In this document: positions 1 to 6,948 of the stretch, one piece after another
How positions within the stretch are numbered: position 1 is the stretch's first letter
Layout: every line of letters starts with the position of its first letter
Notes under the pieces: model-generated
Database searches by the model: none
What the model was told of the DNA's origin: nothing
What the model saw: the letters and a program-made list of their open reading frames with translations, nothing else
Position numbers and translations under genes: made by a program
Source of the DNA: a virus
Length of the DNA stretch: 42,430 nucleotides
IMG/VR virus record: IMGVR_UViG_3300045988_023308
Strand: one strand, 5' to 3'

Positions 1-81
1 CCCGGAGCTGCCAATCTGGGCGGAGTACCCGGAGCTGCCAATCTGGGCGGAGTCCCCGGAGCTGCCAATCTGGGCGAAGTC
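1..81. repeat. 27-bp tandem repeat, 3 units, coding (CCCGGAGCTGCCAATCTGGGCGRAGTM)
   Basis: Read directly from the sequence. It is the same unit as at 42272..42430, and the period of 27 equals 9 codons. Confidence 0.95.
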
Positions 82-435
82 CCCGGAATCAACGTTTTCA
101 CTCGATGCCTCAGAAATAGTCTTTTCCAGTACAAAATCCACACATGCTTTGATAAATCCGGATAGTCCCAGTTTTACGCCGATTTTCAGTTTTCTGGAGC
201 AGAATTTTTTCTGGTCATCCGTCTTTGGCTCGTCCAATGCTTCAACTTCTGCGAACTCGTTCGGCGTGCCATCAGAGCGAATCAAATCGTAATAGTCCAG
301 CACGTCAAATGGATTTTCGCAAAAGTGCATTCCCTTTTCACAGATTTTCGCCTCCGATTCCTCGAAGACGGTATTTTCCTGATACTGCTTATCCTTGCAG
401 ATCAAACCTGGGTTGAATCCTTTGTAACCTTTCAT
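1..435 (-). CDS. Repeat protein (DUF7666-like N-terminal domain plus 9-aa tandem repeats), N-terminal fragment; continues at 42430..42026
   Basis: ATG at 435 is preceded by AAAGGAA. It translates MKGYKGFNPGLICKDKQYQENTVFEESEAKICEKGMHFCENPFDVLDYY...SGDFAQIGSSGDSAQIGSSGYSAQIGSSG and stays open to position 1. It is missing from the ORF track because it has no stop in the window. Confidence 0.8.
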   Translation of the reverse strand, partial: MKGYKGFNPGLICKDKQYQENTVFEESEAKICEKGMHFCENPFDVLDYYDLIRSDGTPNEFAEVEALDEPKTDDQKKFCSRKLKIGVKLGLSGFIKACVDFVLEKTISEASSENVDSGDFAQIGSSGDSAQIGSSGYSAQIGSSG

Positions 436-454
436 TTTGCATTTCCTTTCTGCG

Positions 455-1012
455 TTATTTGCTCCCCTCCGGGAGCCCTTCAAATTTCATCCCACCCGCC
501 AGTTCCGCTACAAAGCTTTTTACTGCTCCGGGAAGCTTTTGAAAATCGTTTTCCCGTTTCTGGCAAACCTGGAAGGATCGCTGGAAATTTGAGGCTACCA
601 CGGACTGCACCGTCTCAGCATCCATCAGCGCCCATTCTTTCAGCTGGGCGGGGCTTCCCACCGTCCGCTGTACCGCCGGAGGGAGCTTTTGAAATTCTTC
701 CGCAGCCCCGTACATGCTGTTTTGCAAGGCCTTTGCGACCAACCCCCATGCCTCCATCTGGGTCATCTGCTGGGGCGACTGCATCCGATGGAGCATATCT
801 TTCAGCTGACCGATGGTGGGCATAAAGCCACCGGTATCCGTCGCTATGTACGCCTTTGCAGCGGCGGCGACGGCCTCAAATGGCTCTTCTGCAAACATAT
901 CCGCCCAAAGATTGATTTTCACGTTTGCCGCCTCTTTGGACATCCCCCGGAAAGAATCGGGATAATTTGCCTGTAAAAGCGTGAGAATCTGGTACGCTTC
1001 CTGTTTATCCAT
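455..1012 (-). CDS. Replicative helicase loader/inhibitor-like protein (G39P-like)
   Basis: Start ATG at 1012 overlaps the upstream stop (ATGGATAA). MDKQEAYQILTLLQANYPDSF...INLWADMFAEEPFEAV...FMPTIGQLK matches the pattern of the phage G40P loader family. The longer track ORF (to 1285) overlaps the upstream gene. Confidence 0.6.
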   Translation of the reverse strand: MDKQEAYQILTLLQANYPDSFRGMSKEAANVKINLWADMFAEEPFEAVAAAAKAYIATDTGGFMPTIGQLKDMLHRMQSPQQMTQMEAWGLVAKALQNSMYGAAEEFQKLPPAVQRTVGSPAQLKEWALMDAETVQSVVASNFQRSFQVCQKRENDFQKLPGAVKSFVAELAGGMKFEGLPEGSK

Positions 1013-1721
1013 TCCCAAATTCCTCCCTGTACATCTCCGCCAGACGGTCAACGCCGCTGGTATAACCGCCCGGCTTCTGGCTTGCCGCAGGTCTAGCCGA
1101 ATTCTGCTCCCGTGAGAGCCAGGAGTTGACAAACCGCATGATCCCGGCTTTTGTTTTCCTGTTTTTTGGATTTGCCAAAAGCCAACCACGCATATTCCGT
1201 AGCTGCTGCTCCACGTCCACGGCAGGATACAGACAGGACAACTCGGCAACCATCTCCACGGAAATCTCAAAATCCGTTCCGTCAATCAGCGGAAGCACCG
1301 CCGCAGGCGGGGGGCTGCTCGGCAGCTCACCGCAAACCTCCGTAGGAGGTATATAATTATCCTTTGCCTTTTCCTTTGTCTTTGCCTTTGCCTTTTCCTT
1401 GGTATCGTTGGTATCTTTTTCATACGATGGTACGTTTGGTATACCATCGTATACCGTGGTATCGTTGGTATCTTTTTTGCTCCAACGCTTACTTACGTTG
1501 TCGGCTTGTTTTTTGCACTTGTTGGCATACTTGGCATTATCTCGATCAATCTGTCCACGGAATACCGGGAAGACGAAACGTTCATTGCCACTGAGGTGCC
1601 CGACTTCGCCCGACTTGCTGTATTTAAGGCACGCCACGAAAAGTCGGCCCCGCTCAGCATCCGTGAGGGGTTCCAAAGCATCGAGATAGCTATGATATGC
1701 GCAAAAGTATTCAACCGCCAA
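1005..1721 (-). CDS. Replisome organiser / replication initiator
   Basis: TTG start at 1721, 7 nt after GGGAGGTG. The N-terminus LTDAERGRLFVACLKYSKSGE and the C-terminus LYPAVDVEQQLRNMRGWLLANPKNRKTKAGIMRFVNSWL are typical of phage replisome organisers. Iterons lie inside the gene. Confidence 0.6.
   Translation of the reverse strand: MAVEYFCAYHSYLDALEPLTDAERGRLFVACLKYSKSGEVGHLSGNERFVFPVFRGQIDRDNAKYANKCKKQADNVSKRWSKKDTNDTTVYDGIPNVPSYEKDTNDTKEKAKAKTKEKAKDNYIPPTEVCGELPSSPPPAAVLPLIDGTDFEISVEMVAELSCLYPAVDVEQQLRNMRGWLLANPKNRKTKAGIMRFVNSWLSREQNSARPAASQKPGGYTSGVDRLAEMYREEFGNG
1401..1477. repeat. Putative replication origin: two identical 20-bp direct repeats flanking a 10-bp inverted repeat
   Basis: GGTATCGTTGGTATCTTTTT occurs at 1401-1420 and 1458-1477. 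TACGATGGTA (1423-1432) pairs with TACCATCGTA (1442-1451). All lie within the initiator gene. Confidence 0.5.
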
Positions 1722-1724
1722 AAC

Positions 1725-2105
1725 CTACACCTCCCGTATTTGGATTCCGTAGCGTTCCAGCATCAATTTCCGCTTGATTTTGTATGCTTCCGTTCTTACG
1801 CCTTTTGTATCTTCCGCGACGTAAGCCCCGTCCTGGATATAGGCAAAGTCGGCTATGTAGCTGCATTCCTTTTCTAGCACTTTTCCGGGCTTAAAATGCC
1901 CCTGATGTGCGCCTTTTTTGTAGATTTCGTTTGAGAATTCACGTTGTGTCGGAATCAGTACATATTTCACCTGCCGCTGCAAAGCCGTTATTTTTCCGGC
2001 TCGTTCCAAAAGCTGAAGTTCTCGGAAGCGGTTCGCTTCTTTTTGGCTATCAAACGTAATGCCATCTACCACGGTTTTTCTGTTGCCGTACTTGCTGCGT
2101 GTCAT
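1725..2105 (-). CDS. DUF1064 family protein (putative PD-(D/E)xK nuclease/resolvase-like)
   Basis: MTRSKYGNRKTVVDGITFDSQKEANRFRELQLLERAGKI is the characteristic DUF1064 N-terminus. ATG at 2105 has better RBS spacing than 2111. Confidence 0.7.
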   Translation of the reverse strand: MTRSKYGNRKTVVDGITFDSQKEANRFRELQLLERAGKITALQRQVKYVLIPTQREFSNEIYKKGAHQGHFKPGKVLEKECSYIADFAYIQDGAYVAEDTKGVRTEAYKIKRKLMLERYGIQIREV

Positions 2106-2192
2106 TTGCATTCCCTTTCATACCTGGGGCTTTCGCCCCAGGTGATTGAAACTATACTGTCAATATTTGACAGGAAAGATTGATTTTTACGG

Positions 2193-2804
2193 TCAGAACG
2201 GCAATTGTGCATCGTCATTTTCCAGCATCGTGAAATCCGATGCTCCGGGAACAGGATAGTTGTCATAAGAAGGGGCCTGAACAGGCGCAGGCTTGTTTTT
2301 CAGGGGCTTGTCCTTGGGAACGGTGAAGTTGCCATCCGCTACACTATCCACGCTAATAGCCCGGAATGGCTTTGCCGTCCAGCCGGACTTACCGTTCCAC
2401 TCCCATTCCTCGTTGCGGAACAGAACGCCGATCTCCTTCTTTGCCAAGGTGCGTTCGTCCCAGTTCCAGGTGTACCCCCGGTTGGATTCCTCTACGGCGG
2501 TGATAAAGCCCTTCAGGATGGACTTGGTAAATTCGTCCTTGTCGCTGCCATCGTTTACAGGCAGCCACAACCGGAGAACGCCCTTCCACTTCTTGTCCTC
2601 ACGCTGGTTGTTGTCGAAATTCTCGGCATAGTAGCCAGCCCATTCACCGCTGTTGATATCAACAAGCACACACAGCTGCTGGCCGTAGTCGTTGCTCTGT
2701 ACGACCGCCTGAATGATATCACACACATACGCACCAGCAGGGAGCTTCTGACGGCTTCCGCTGTAGGCTCTCACATCATCCCAATTGTTCGGTCTGTTAA
2801 TCAT
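2193..2804 (-). CDS. DUF669 family protein with SSB-like acidic C-terminal tail
   Basis: [11 protein letters not shown]...[11 protein letters not shown] fits the DUF669 pattern. The C-terminus ENDDAQLPF resembles the SSB tip DDDIPF. ATGA overlap with the upstream gene. Confidence 0.65.
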   Translation of the reverse strand: MINRPNNWDDVRAYSGSRQKLPAGAYVCDIIQAVVQSNDYGQQLCVLVDINSGEWAGYYAENFDNNQREDKKWKGVLRLWLPVNDGSDKDEFTKSILKGFITAVEESNRGYTWNWDERTLAKKEIGVLFRNEEWEWNGKSGWTAKPFRAISVDSVADGNFTVPKDKPLKNKPAPVQAPSYDNYPVPGASDFTMLENDDAQLPF

Positions 2805-3325
2805 TTTTCATCGTTTCCTTTCTTGTGTTTTCTCCTGTTATTTGCTTGTTCTTTTGCCGTTGCCCAACGGCAGTTATTTGGGCTGTAATTGCCATTATTA
2901 TCAATGCGATCAATCGTCAGTGTAGCCGAATAGCCATTTGCTAGCGCCCACGATTCAAATTGCTCAAAATTGTTTTTCCATTCATTGCAAACAGTAATGC
3001 CACGTCCACCATAATCAGAATAATGTTGTGATTTTGTGTTGAAACACCGTGACATCATCCCGTAGTAAATACGGTACAATCGGTTCATTTTTCGTGGAAT
3101 ATCACCAATAGTTCCGGATTTGTTGTGCTGAATGGTTGCTTCTGATTTCTTGCAACCGCAACTTTTGGTATGCCCAGTCCGTAAGTTTTGGCTGTTTACA
3201 ACAATTACTTTCCCGCAATCGCACTGGCACTCCCACATTACATTTCCTTGTGGATTAGAACCGCATGGACGAGATGCAACCAAACGTCCAAATCGTTGGC
3301 CTGTCAAATTTAGTGGTTTTCTCAT
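2801..3325 (-). CDS. HNH homing endonuclease
   Basis: GQRFGRLV...WECQCDCG...TKSCGC module followed by [26 protein letters not shown] (HNH motif). ATG at 3325 overlaps the upstream TGA. Confidence 0.75.
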   Translation of the reverse strand: MRKPLNLTGQRFGRLVASRPCGSNPQGNVMWECQCDCGKVIVVNSQNLRTGHTKSCGCKKSEATIQHNKSGTIGDIPRKMNRLYRIYYGMMSRCFNTKSQHYSDYGGRGITVCNEWKNNFEQFESWALANGYSATLTIDRIDNNGNYSPNNCRWATAKEQANNRRKHKKGNDEK

Positions 3326-3942
3326 CACTTTTTACCCAATTCATAATATTCTCTAATTTTTGTGTCTACAATTTTTAGGTCATTATCTATTTCAAAGTCG
3401 AATAACCCCATCGGAGATTTACACGTTGTGGTTCCGTCGCTTTGTGTTTCAAAGACGTGCTTTTTTCCGTCTGTCCAGCACAGCAGCACGATTGAAAACA
3501 GTCCCTCAAGGGTTAGCTGGTTGTCCAGCATCTTGCCCAGGGTTTTTGCTCTGGTTTTTCCGGTGTTGCTGTCCTGGTCGGTGTGATGGAGAAAATAGAC
3601 GATCACGTCCGGCGGGGTCTGGGTGATGACGAATTGCACTAAATTGTAAAAATGCAGTGCCATGTCCGTGTATTTGCCGTAGCCGGTTTCTTTGGCCTTG
3701 GCGAAAGCTTCGAAACACATCAGGTACTGGCTATCATCAATCACAAACGCCTTTTTCTCGCTTCGCTTGATTGCTGCCATAATCTTTCCGTAGTCGGCAG
3801 TATTGCCGACCGGAAGCTTTTTCCGGAAGGGGAGGGGCTTACCAGCTACATTAATGATGTTCACGTCTGCGGGTTCAAAATTGCGCAGGCTTGCGGATTT
3901 TCCGGAACCGGATTCTCCTAAGATAAGTACAGGGATTCCCAT
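3325..3942 (-). CDS. AAA/RecA-like ATPase (Sak4-like recombination protein)
   Basis: Walker A motif [11 protein letters not shown] and Walker B-like FVIDD. Position between Gp157 and DUF669 is typical of Sak4 modules. Confidence 0.7.
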   Translation of the reverse strand: MGIPVLILGESGSGKSASLRNFEPADVNIINVAGKPLPFRKKLPVGNTADYGKIMAAIKRSEKKAFVIDDSQYLMCFEAFAKAKETGYGKYTDMALHFYNLVQFVITQTPPDVIVYFLHHTDQDSNTGKTRAKTLGKMLDNQLTLEGLFSIVLLCWTDGKKHVFETQSDGTTTCKSPMGLFDFEIDNDLKIVDTKIREYYELGKK

Positions 3943-3956
3943 ATGCTAGCCCCCCC

Positions 3957-4442
3957 TTACCGGATTCTCAAGCTCTCGCCCCGGTCGCCCAGGGTGGCGA
4001 AGGGGAGGGAGTTTCCGGCTTCCAGGTATTCCCGGATTTTTGCCGTATCCGGTGCTCCGGGCTTTAGCCACGCCGCCGGAACATCTCCCTGAAGCTCTAC
4101 CGGCTTCACACCGCCGTTTTTCTGGATATTGAAGGAGAACAGGGCGGTCTTGAAATTTGTCCGGCCTGTGGCCTTCATGGTGTCGAATAGCCGCTGCTTC
4201 AATGCGGCCTGCCGGTTCTTGACAGCGGTCTTCCGATCCTGAAGCCGCTTGATCTCGGCATCAATCTGGGCGGCATCCCCGTCCAGGCTATTGATGATTT
4301 TTGCGTAACCGTCGGCCTTGATGTCCATGTCCGCTTCGATCATTTCGATTGTGTCAAAAATGGCCTCTTCCGGAATTTCCGGGTCAAGCAGCATTTCAAA
4401 CACGTTTTCCCATTCCTGGGACATTTCATATAGTGATAGCAT
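3957..4442 (-). CDS. Siphovirus Gp157 family protein
   Basis: MLSLYEMSQEWENVFEMLLD... acidic helical N-terminus, a coiled-coil segment, then TNFKTALFSFNIQKNGG, matching the Gp157 architecture. Confidence 0.6.
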   Translation of the reverse strand: MLSLYEMSQEWENVFEMLLDPEIPEEAIFDTIEMIEADMDIKADGYAKIINSLDGDAAQIDAEIKRLQDRKTAVKNRQAALKQRLFDTMKATGRTNFKTALFSFNIQKNGGVKPVELQGDVPAAWLKPGAPDTAKIREYLEAGNSLPFATLGDRGESLRIR

Positions 4443-4443
4443 C

Positions 4444-4547
4444 TTGACAAATCCTTTCCCAACTGATACAATATCAGTGTTATCTAATTTCCTTTCCGTG
4501 TGAACCGCTTCCGGGCTTTCATCCCTGCCCGGGGGCGGTTCTTTTTA
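4444..4547 (+). ncRNA. Candidate ~70-nt antisense sRNA unit (promoter plus intrinsic terminator)
   Basis: TTGACA (4444-4449), a 17-nt spacer, TACAAT (4467-4472). Then a 14-bp stem at 4503-4516/4527-4540 (two G.U pairs) followed by CTTTTTA on the plus strand. No plus-strand CDS is present. Confidence 0.4.
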
Positions 4548-4727
4548 TGCCGGTTCGACCGCCTCGCCATTTTCCAGCCACCGTTCCAAGGCTTTGGCGG
4601 GGATCAGAATCCGCCTACCAACGACTTTTTTCGGGAAACCCTCGCAGTGTATCAGATTGTACATGGCGGGTCGAGAAATCCCGATAACTTCCGCCGCTTC
4701 TGTCACGCTGTAGGCCAGCTTTTCCAT
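4545..4727 (-). CDS. Helix-turn-helix DNA-binding protein (excisionase/MerR-like HTH_17 type)
   Basis: MEKLAYSVTEAAEVIGISRPAMYNLIHCEGFPKKVVGRRILIPAKALERWL. AGGAGG RBS. Confidence 0.7.
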   Translation of the reverse strand: MEKLAYSVTEAAEVIGISRPAMYNLIHCEGFPKKVVGRRILIPAKALERWLENGEAVEPA

Positions 4728-4738
4728 ATCGCACCTCC

Positions 4739-4948
4739 TTAAAGAAGCTCACGAGGGGAGACGTCTAACACTTTGGCGATATCCTTAATCAACTCTCTAG
4801 AAGCGCCCTTTTTACCGTGCTCGATTTGGTTAATCATGCTTGCTGTTACCAAGACTTCTTCGCCAAGTTGCTTTTGCGTCATGCCTGCGCTTAGTCGTAG
4901 CTTTCGCATTTTCATAAAATTTATGGTTCTGTAATTCGTTCTTTTCAT
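4739..4948 (-). CDS. XRE-family HTH transcriptional regulator (Cro-like candidate)
   Basis: ATG at 4948 after AGGAGG. MRKLRLSAGMTQKQLGEEVLVTASMINQIEHGKK. Confidence 0.75.
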   Translation of the reverse strand: MKRTNYRTINFMKMRKLRLSAGMTQKQLGEEVLVTASMINQIEHGKKGASRELIKDIAKVLDVSPRELL

Positions 4949-4961
4949 TCTTTTCCTCCTT

Positions 4962-5333
4962 TCATTCGGACAGTGGTTCGTTTCGCTTGATAGCGATACC
5001 GCCCTTGTATGGATACCCCCGATATGGCACACCAAATTTCACATACGGCTCTAGTGCCGCAAATGATATTTGTGCGCTGCGGTTTCGGCGGTTCAAGCAT
5101 CTGCTGTTCCACCCCGGTTCAGCCGGGATAAATAGGATATGATCTTTCCCCATTTTCACCGTTATGTTATCCACGCCGAGCAGAAGCTTTTTCGCAAGCG
5201 AATTAAAGTTAACCAGGCAGCGTGTATAATCGTAGGAATAAAAGGTTACGGTGGGGACTTTATACCTTCCTTTCCCGGAACTGCTGATATCCAGAAATTC
5301 TTCGTTTTCGTCGATTTCGATATCCGTTACCAA
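4962..5333 (-). CDS. Hypothetical protein
   Basis: TTG at 5333, 6 nt after GAGGAGG, overlapping the upstream TAA (TTGGTAA). The upstream part of the track ORF overlaps gene 5327-5536. Confidence 0.5.
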   Translation of the reverse strand: MVTDIEIDENEEFLDISSSGKGRYKVPTVTFYSYDYTRCLVNFNSLAKKLLLGVDNITVKMGKDHILFIPAEPGWNSRCLNRRNRSAQISFAALEPYVKFGVPYRGYPYKGGIAIKRNEPLSE

Positions 5334-5536
5334 ACTTCCGCCTCCTCGTTGAAAACCGTCATGGCCTCGATGCACCGGGGGCAGTAGTAGTCCTTCCGGT
5401 CGTCCGCATCGATGCACAGCACCATAGGCTCCGCTATCGGTTGCCCGCACCGGGAACAATGGGGGAGCCGTGACATGTACTTATCCCAGGTGGATTCCCG
5501 CCGCTCTGCCTCCGTGTAAGGTGCGTTAATCTCCAT
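5327..5536 (-). CDS. Hypothetical Zn-ribbon protein
   Basis: MEINAPYTEAE... with CSRCGQP...CPRC. The start overlaps the upstream stop region. Confidence 0.55.
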   Translation of the reverse strand: MEINAPYTEAERRESTWDKYMSRLPHCSRCGQPIAEPMVLCIDADDRKDYYCPRCIEAMTVFNEEAEVW

Positions 5537-5885
5537 CGATTTCGCCCCATTCCAGCTTCTCCTGCGCCGCCCGTGCAATTCGGGCGAAGAATACATAATT
5601 CGGGGCCTTGTCCTTCCAGGCCGGGACAGTTCCGTGCAGGTAGCCGTTCAGCACCTTGTATTCGCCGTTTTGGAAGGCGTAATTGATGCATCTCCGGATT
5701 CTCCGTTCTACCGTCGGTGCGGGACAGCTGTACTTGACGGCAAGGGGCTTGTAGATATTCCGGTGCTCGCCGTTCATCCAGGCCAGGATCGCGTCTTCCA
5801 GCATGGAAAAGCCCAGCAGGTGCTCTCCTGCGCCAATGTCCAGCAGAATGTCGGTGATTGCCTTTTTTGCTTTCTTTTCGTCCAT
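5526..5885 (-). CDS. Stand-alone Spo0A C-terminal (DNA-binding) domain protein
   Basis: ITDILLDIGAGEHLLGFSMLEDAI...IYKPLAVKYSCPAPTVERRIRRCINYAF...APNYVFFARIA aligns by eye with the Spo0A effector domain ([24 protein letters not shown]...VERAIRHAIEVAW). No receiver domain is present. Confidence 0.75.
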   Translation of the reverse strand: MDEKKAKKAITDILLDIGAGEHLLGFSMLEDAILAWMNGEHRNIYKPLAVKYSCPAPTVERRIRRCINYAFQNGEYKVLNGYLHGTVPAWKDKAPNYVFFARIARAAQEKLEWGEIDGD

Positions 5886-5889
5886 GGAT

Positions 5890-6288
5890 TTATTCCTCAC
5901 TTTCGTTTTCAATAGGGTAGTACAGCCGGAAAATATACGACGCCGGGAAGACTGCGCCGCCCAGGCAGAAGGCTGCCGCCGCCCACACCGGGAAGGGGCT
6001 GAATGCGGAAAAACACAGCGTAGCCAGGCACACCAGGATATACCGCTTGATGGCCTCGGAAGACTTATATTCCCGCTCCATGTCCTCCCGCGCGGCCTTG
6101 TCCGCCGCCACCCGCTCGGCGATCAGCTCTTCCCGGCTGATTGCCTGGGCAGCTCTCACCGCCCTATGGGCGTTGATACCGGAGATCATTTCCGCCTCAT
6201 AGGCATCCAGTGCCCGATCTGCCGCCTGAGCGGCCTTTTCCTTCTGGTGGTACTCCAAATTTCGCTTGAAAATATCCTGAGTGTCCAT
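5890..6288 (-). CDS. Hypothetical membrane protein
   Basis: Charged helical N-terminal half, then hydrophobic segments ILVCLATLCFSAFSPFPVWAAAAFCLGGAVF. Confidence 0.55.
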   Translation of the reverse strand: MDTQDIFKRNLEYHQKEKAAQAADRALDAYEAEMISGINAHRAVRAAQAISREELIAERVAADKAAREDMEREYKSSEAIKRYILVCLATLCFSAFSPFPVWAAAAFCLGGAVFPASYIFRLYYPIENESEE

Positions 6289-6385
6289 AAAAAGTTACCT
6301 CTTCTCATGTTTTCCTTTCTGTTTGCCCTGCCATCATCGGCGCAGGTGGGGCGGTTCCTGCGGACGGCCAGAAGGCCGTTTCGGC

Positions 6386-6559
6386 TTAGTCTGGGGCTTT
6401 TAGCAAGTCGCTTCTGACATCACTGCCGTTCTCAATCTCCCATTTATCGGCGATACGGTCACCACCTGGGAAACGGTAAACCGGGAATTCTCCGTAATCC
6501 AAGTATTGGAATGTGCCGATGTATCCATCAAAGGTTTTTACATATTTGTGATATTTCAT
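6386..6559 (-). CDS. Hypothetical protein (57 aa, below ORF-track cutoff)
   Basis: ATG at 6559 after GGAAAGGA. MKYHKYVKTFDGYIGTFQYLDYGEFPVYRFPGGDRIADKWEIENGSDVRSDLLKAPD. It fills an otherwise empty gap in the operon. Confidence 0.5.
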   Translation of the reverse strand: MKYHKYVKTFDGYIGTFQYLDYGEFPVYRFPGGDRIADKWEIENGSDVRSDLLKAPD

Positions 6560-6609
6560 CGTTATCTATCCTTTCCTGTGTCGGGCGGGTTGCCCCGCCC
6601 TTTGTAAGA

Positions 6610-6834
6610 TTAAGCGGTGAGCATCGGTGCCATGGAGTACTGACCCAGGGGGAACACTGTTTCGGCGTCCCGGTACTGGCTGTACTTCTTGGAGATGCGG
6701 AGCTTCTTGACCTCCTTGCCATCAGTAACGGTGATGGTCTGAGCGGTACGCTCGGTCACGGTGTAGCTCCAAATGCAATTGTGATCGCAAACACTCCGCA
6801 TGGAGTAGGTAGAGCCAATTTCAAAACGCTTCAT
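6610..6834 (-). CDS. Hypothetical protein, first gene of early operon
   Basis: ATG at 6834 after GGAGG. MKRFEIGSTYSMRSVCDHNCIWSYTVTERTAQTITV... Confidence 0.6.
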   Translation of the reverse strand: MKRFEIGSTYSMRSVCDHNCIWSYTVTERTAQTITVTDGKEVKKLRISKKYSQYRDAETVFPLGQYSMAPMLTA

Positions 6835-6865
6835 TGTTGTTACCTCCAAAAAGTTATCTAAATCC

Positions 6866-6894
6866 TTGAATTTTTATGTTTGTTGTGTTATATT
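6866..6894 (+). promoter_or_regulatory. Putative rightward promoter for the repressor operon
   Basis: TTGAAT (6866-6871), 17 nt, TATATT (6889-6894). It is about 105 nt upstream of the XRE gene at 7005. Confidence 0.5.
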
Positions 6895-6919
6895 GTAGGT
6901 GTTCCTTAACTCTGGTTAC

Positions 6920-6948
6920 ATTATAATCCTAATAGTAGGATTTGTCAA
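6920..6948 (-). promoter_or_regulatory. Consensus sigma-70-type early leftward promoter
   Basis: The minus strand reads TTGACA (6948-6943), 17 nt, TATAAT (6925-6920). The palindrome ATCCTAATAGTAGGAT fills the spacer. Confidence 0.7.

Noticed and set aside
1013-1285. Long N-terminal extension of ORF 455-1285, and likewise the upstream extensions of ORFs 39442-40107, 26204-26935, 16300-17001, 37109-37612, 36781-37221 and 15707-16069
   Set aside because: The extensions overlap the well-supported upstream genes in another frame and translate to Arg/Cys/Pro-rich junk. Internal ATG, GTG or TTG codons with Shine-Dalgarno sequences and stop-start overlaps give the sensible starts used above.
2112-2192. 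Hairpin CCTGGGGC-TTTC-GCCCCAGG and palindrome TGTCAATATTGACA between the DUF669 and DUF1064 genes, considered as an internal promoter or terminator
   Set aside because: No U-tract follows the hairpin, and no -10 element lies at a proper distance from the TTGACA half of the palindrome. It may be a protein-binding site or an RNA processing site, but the evidence is insufficient for a call.
6560-6609. GGGCGGG-TTGC-CCCGCCC hairpin between the first two early genes, considered as a terminator or attenuator
   Set aside because: The stem is perfect, but on the transcribed (minus) strand no U-run follows it. It could be an RNA stability element. It is not called as a terminator.
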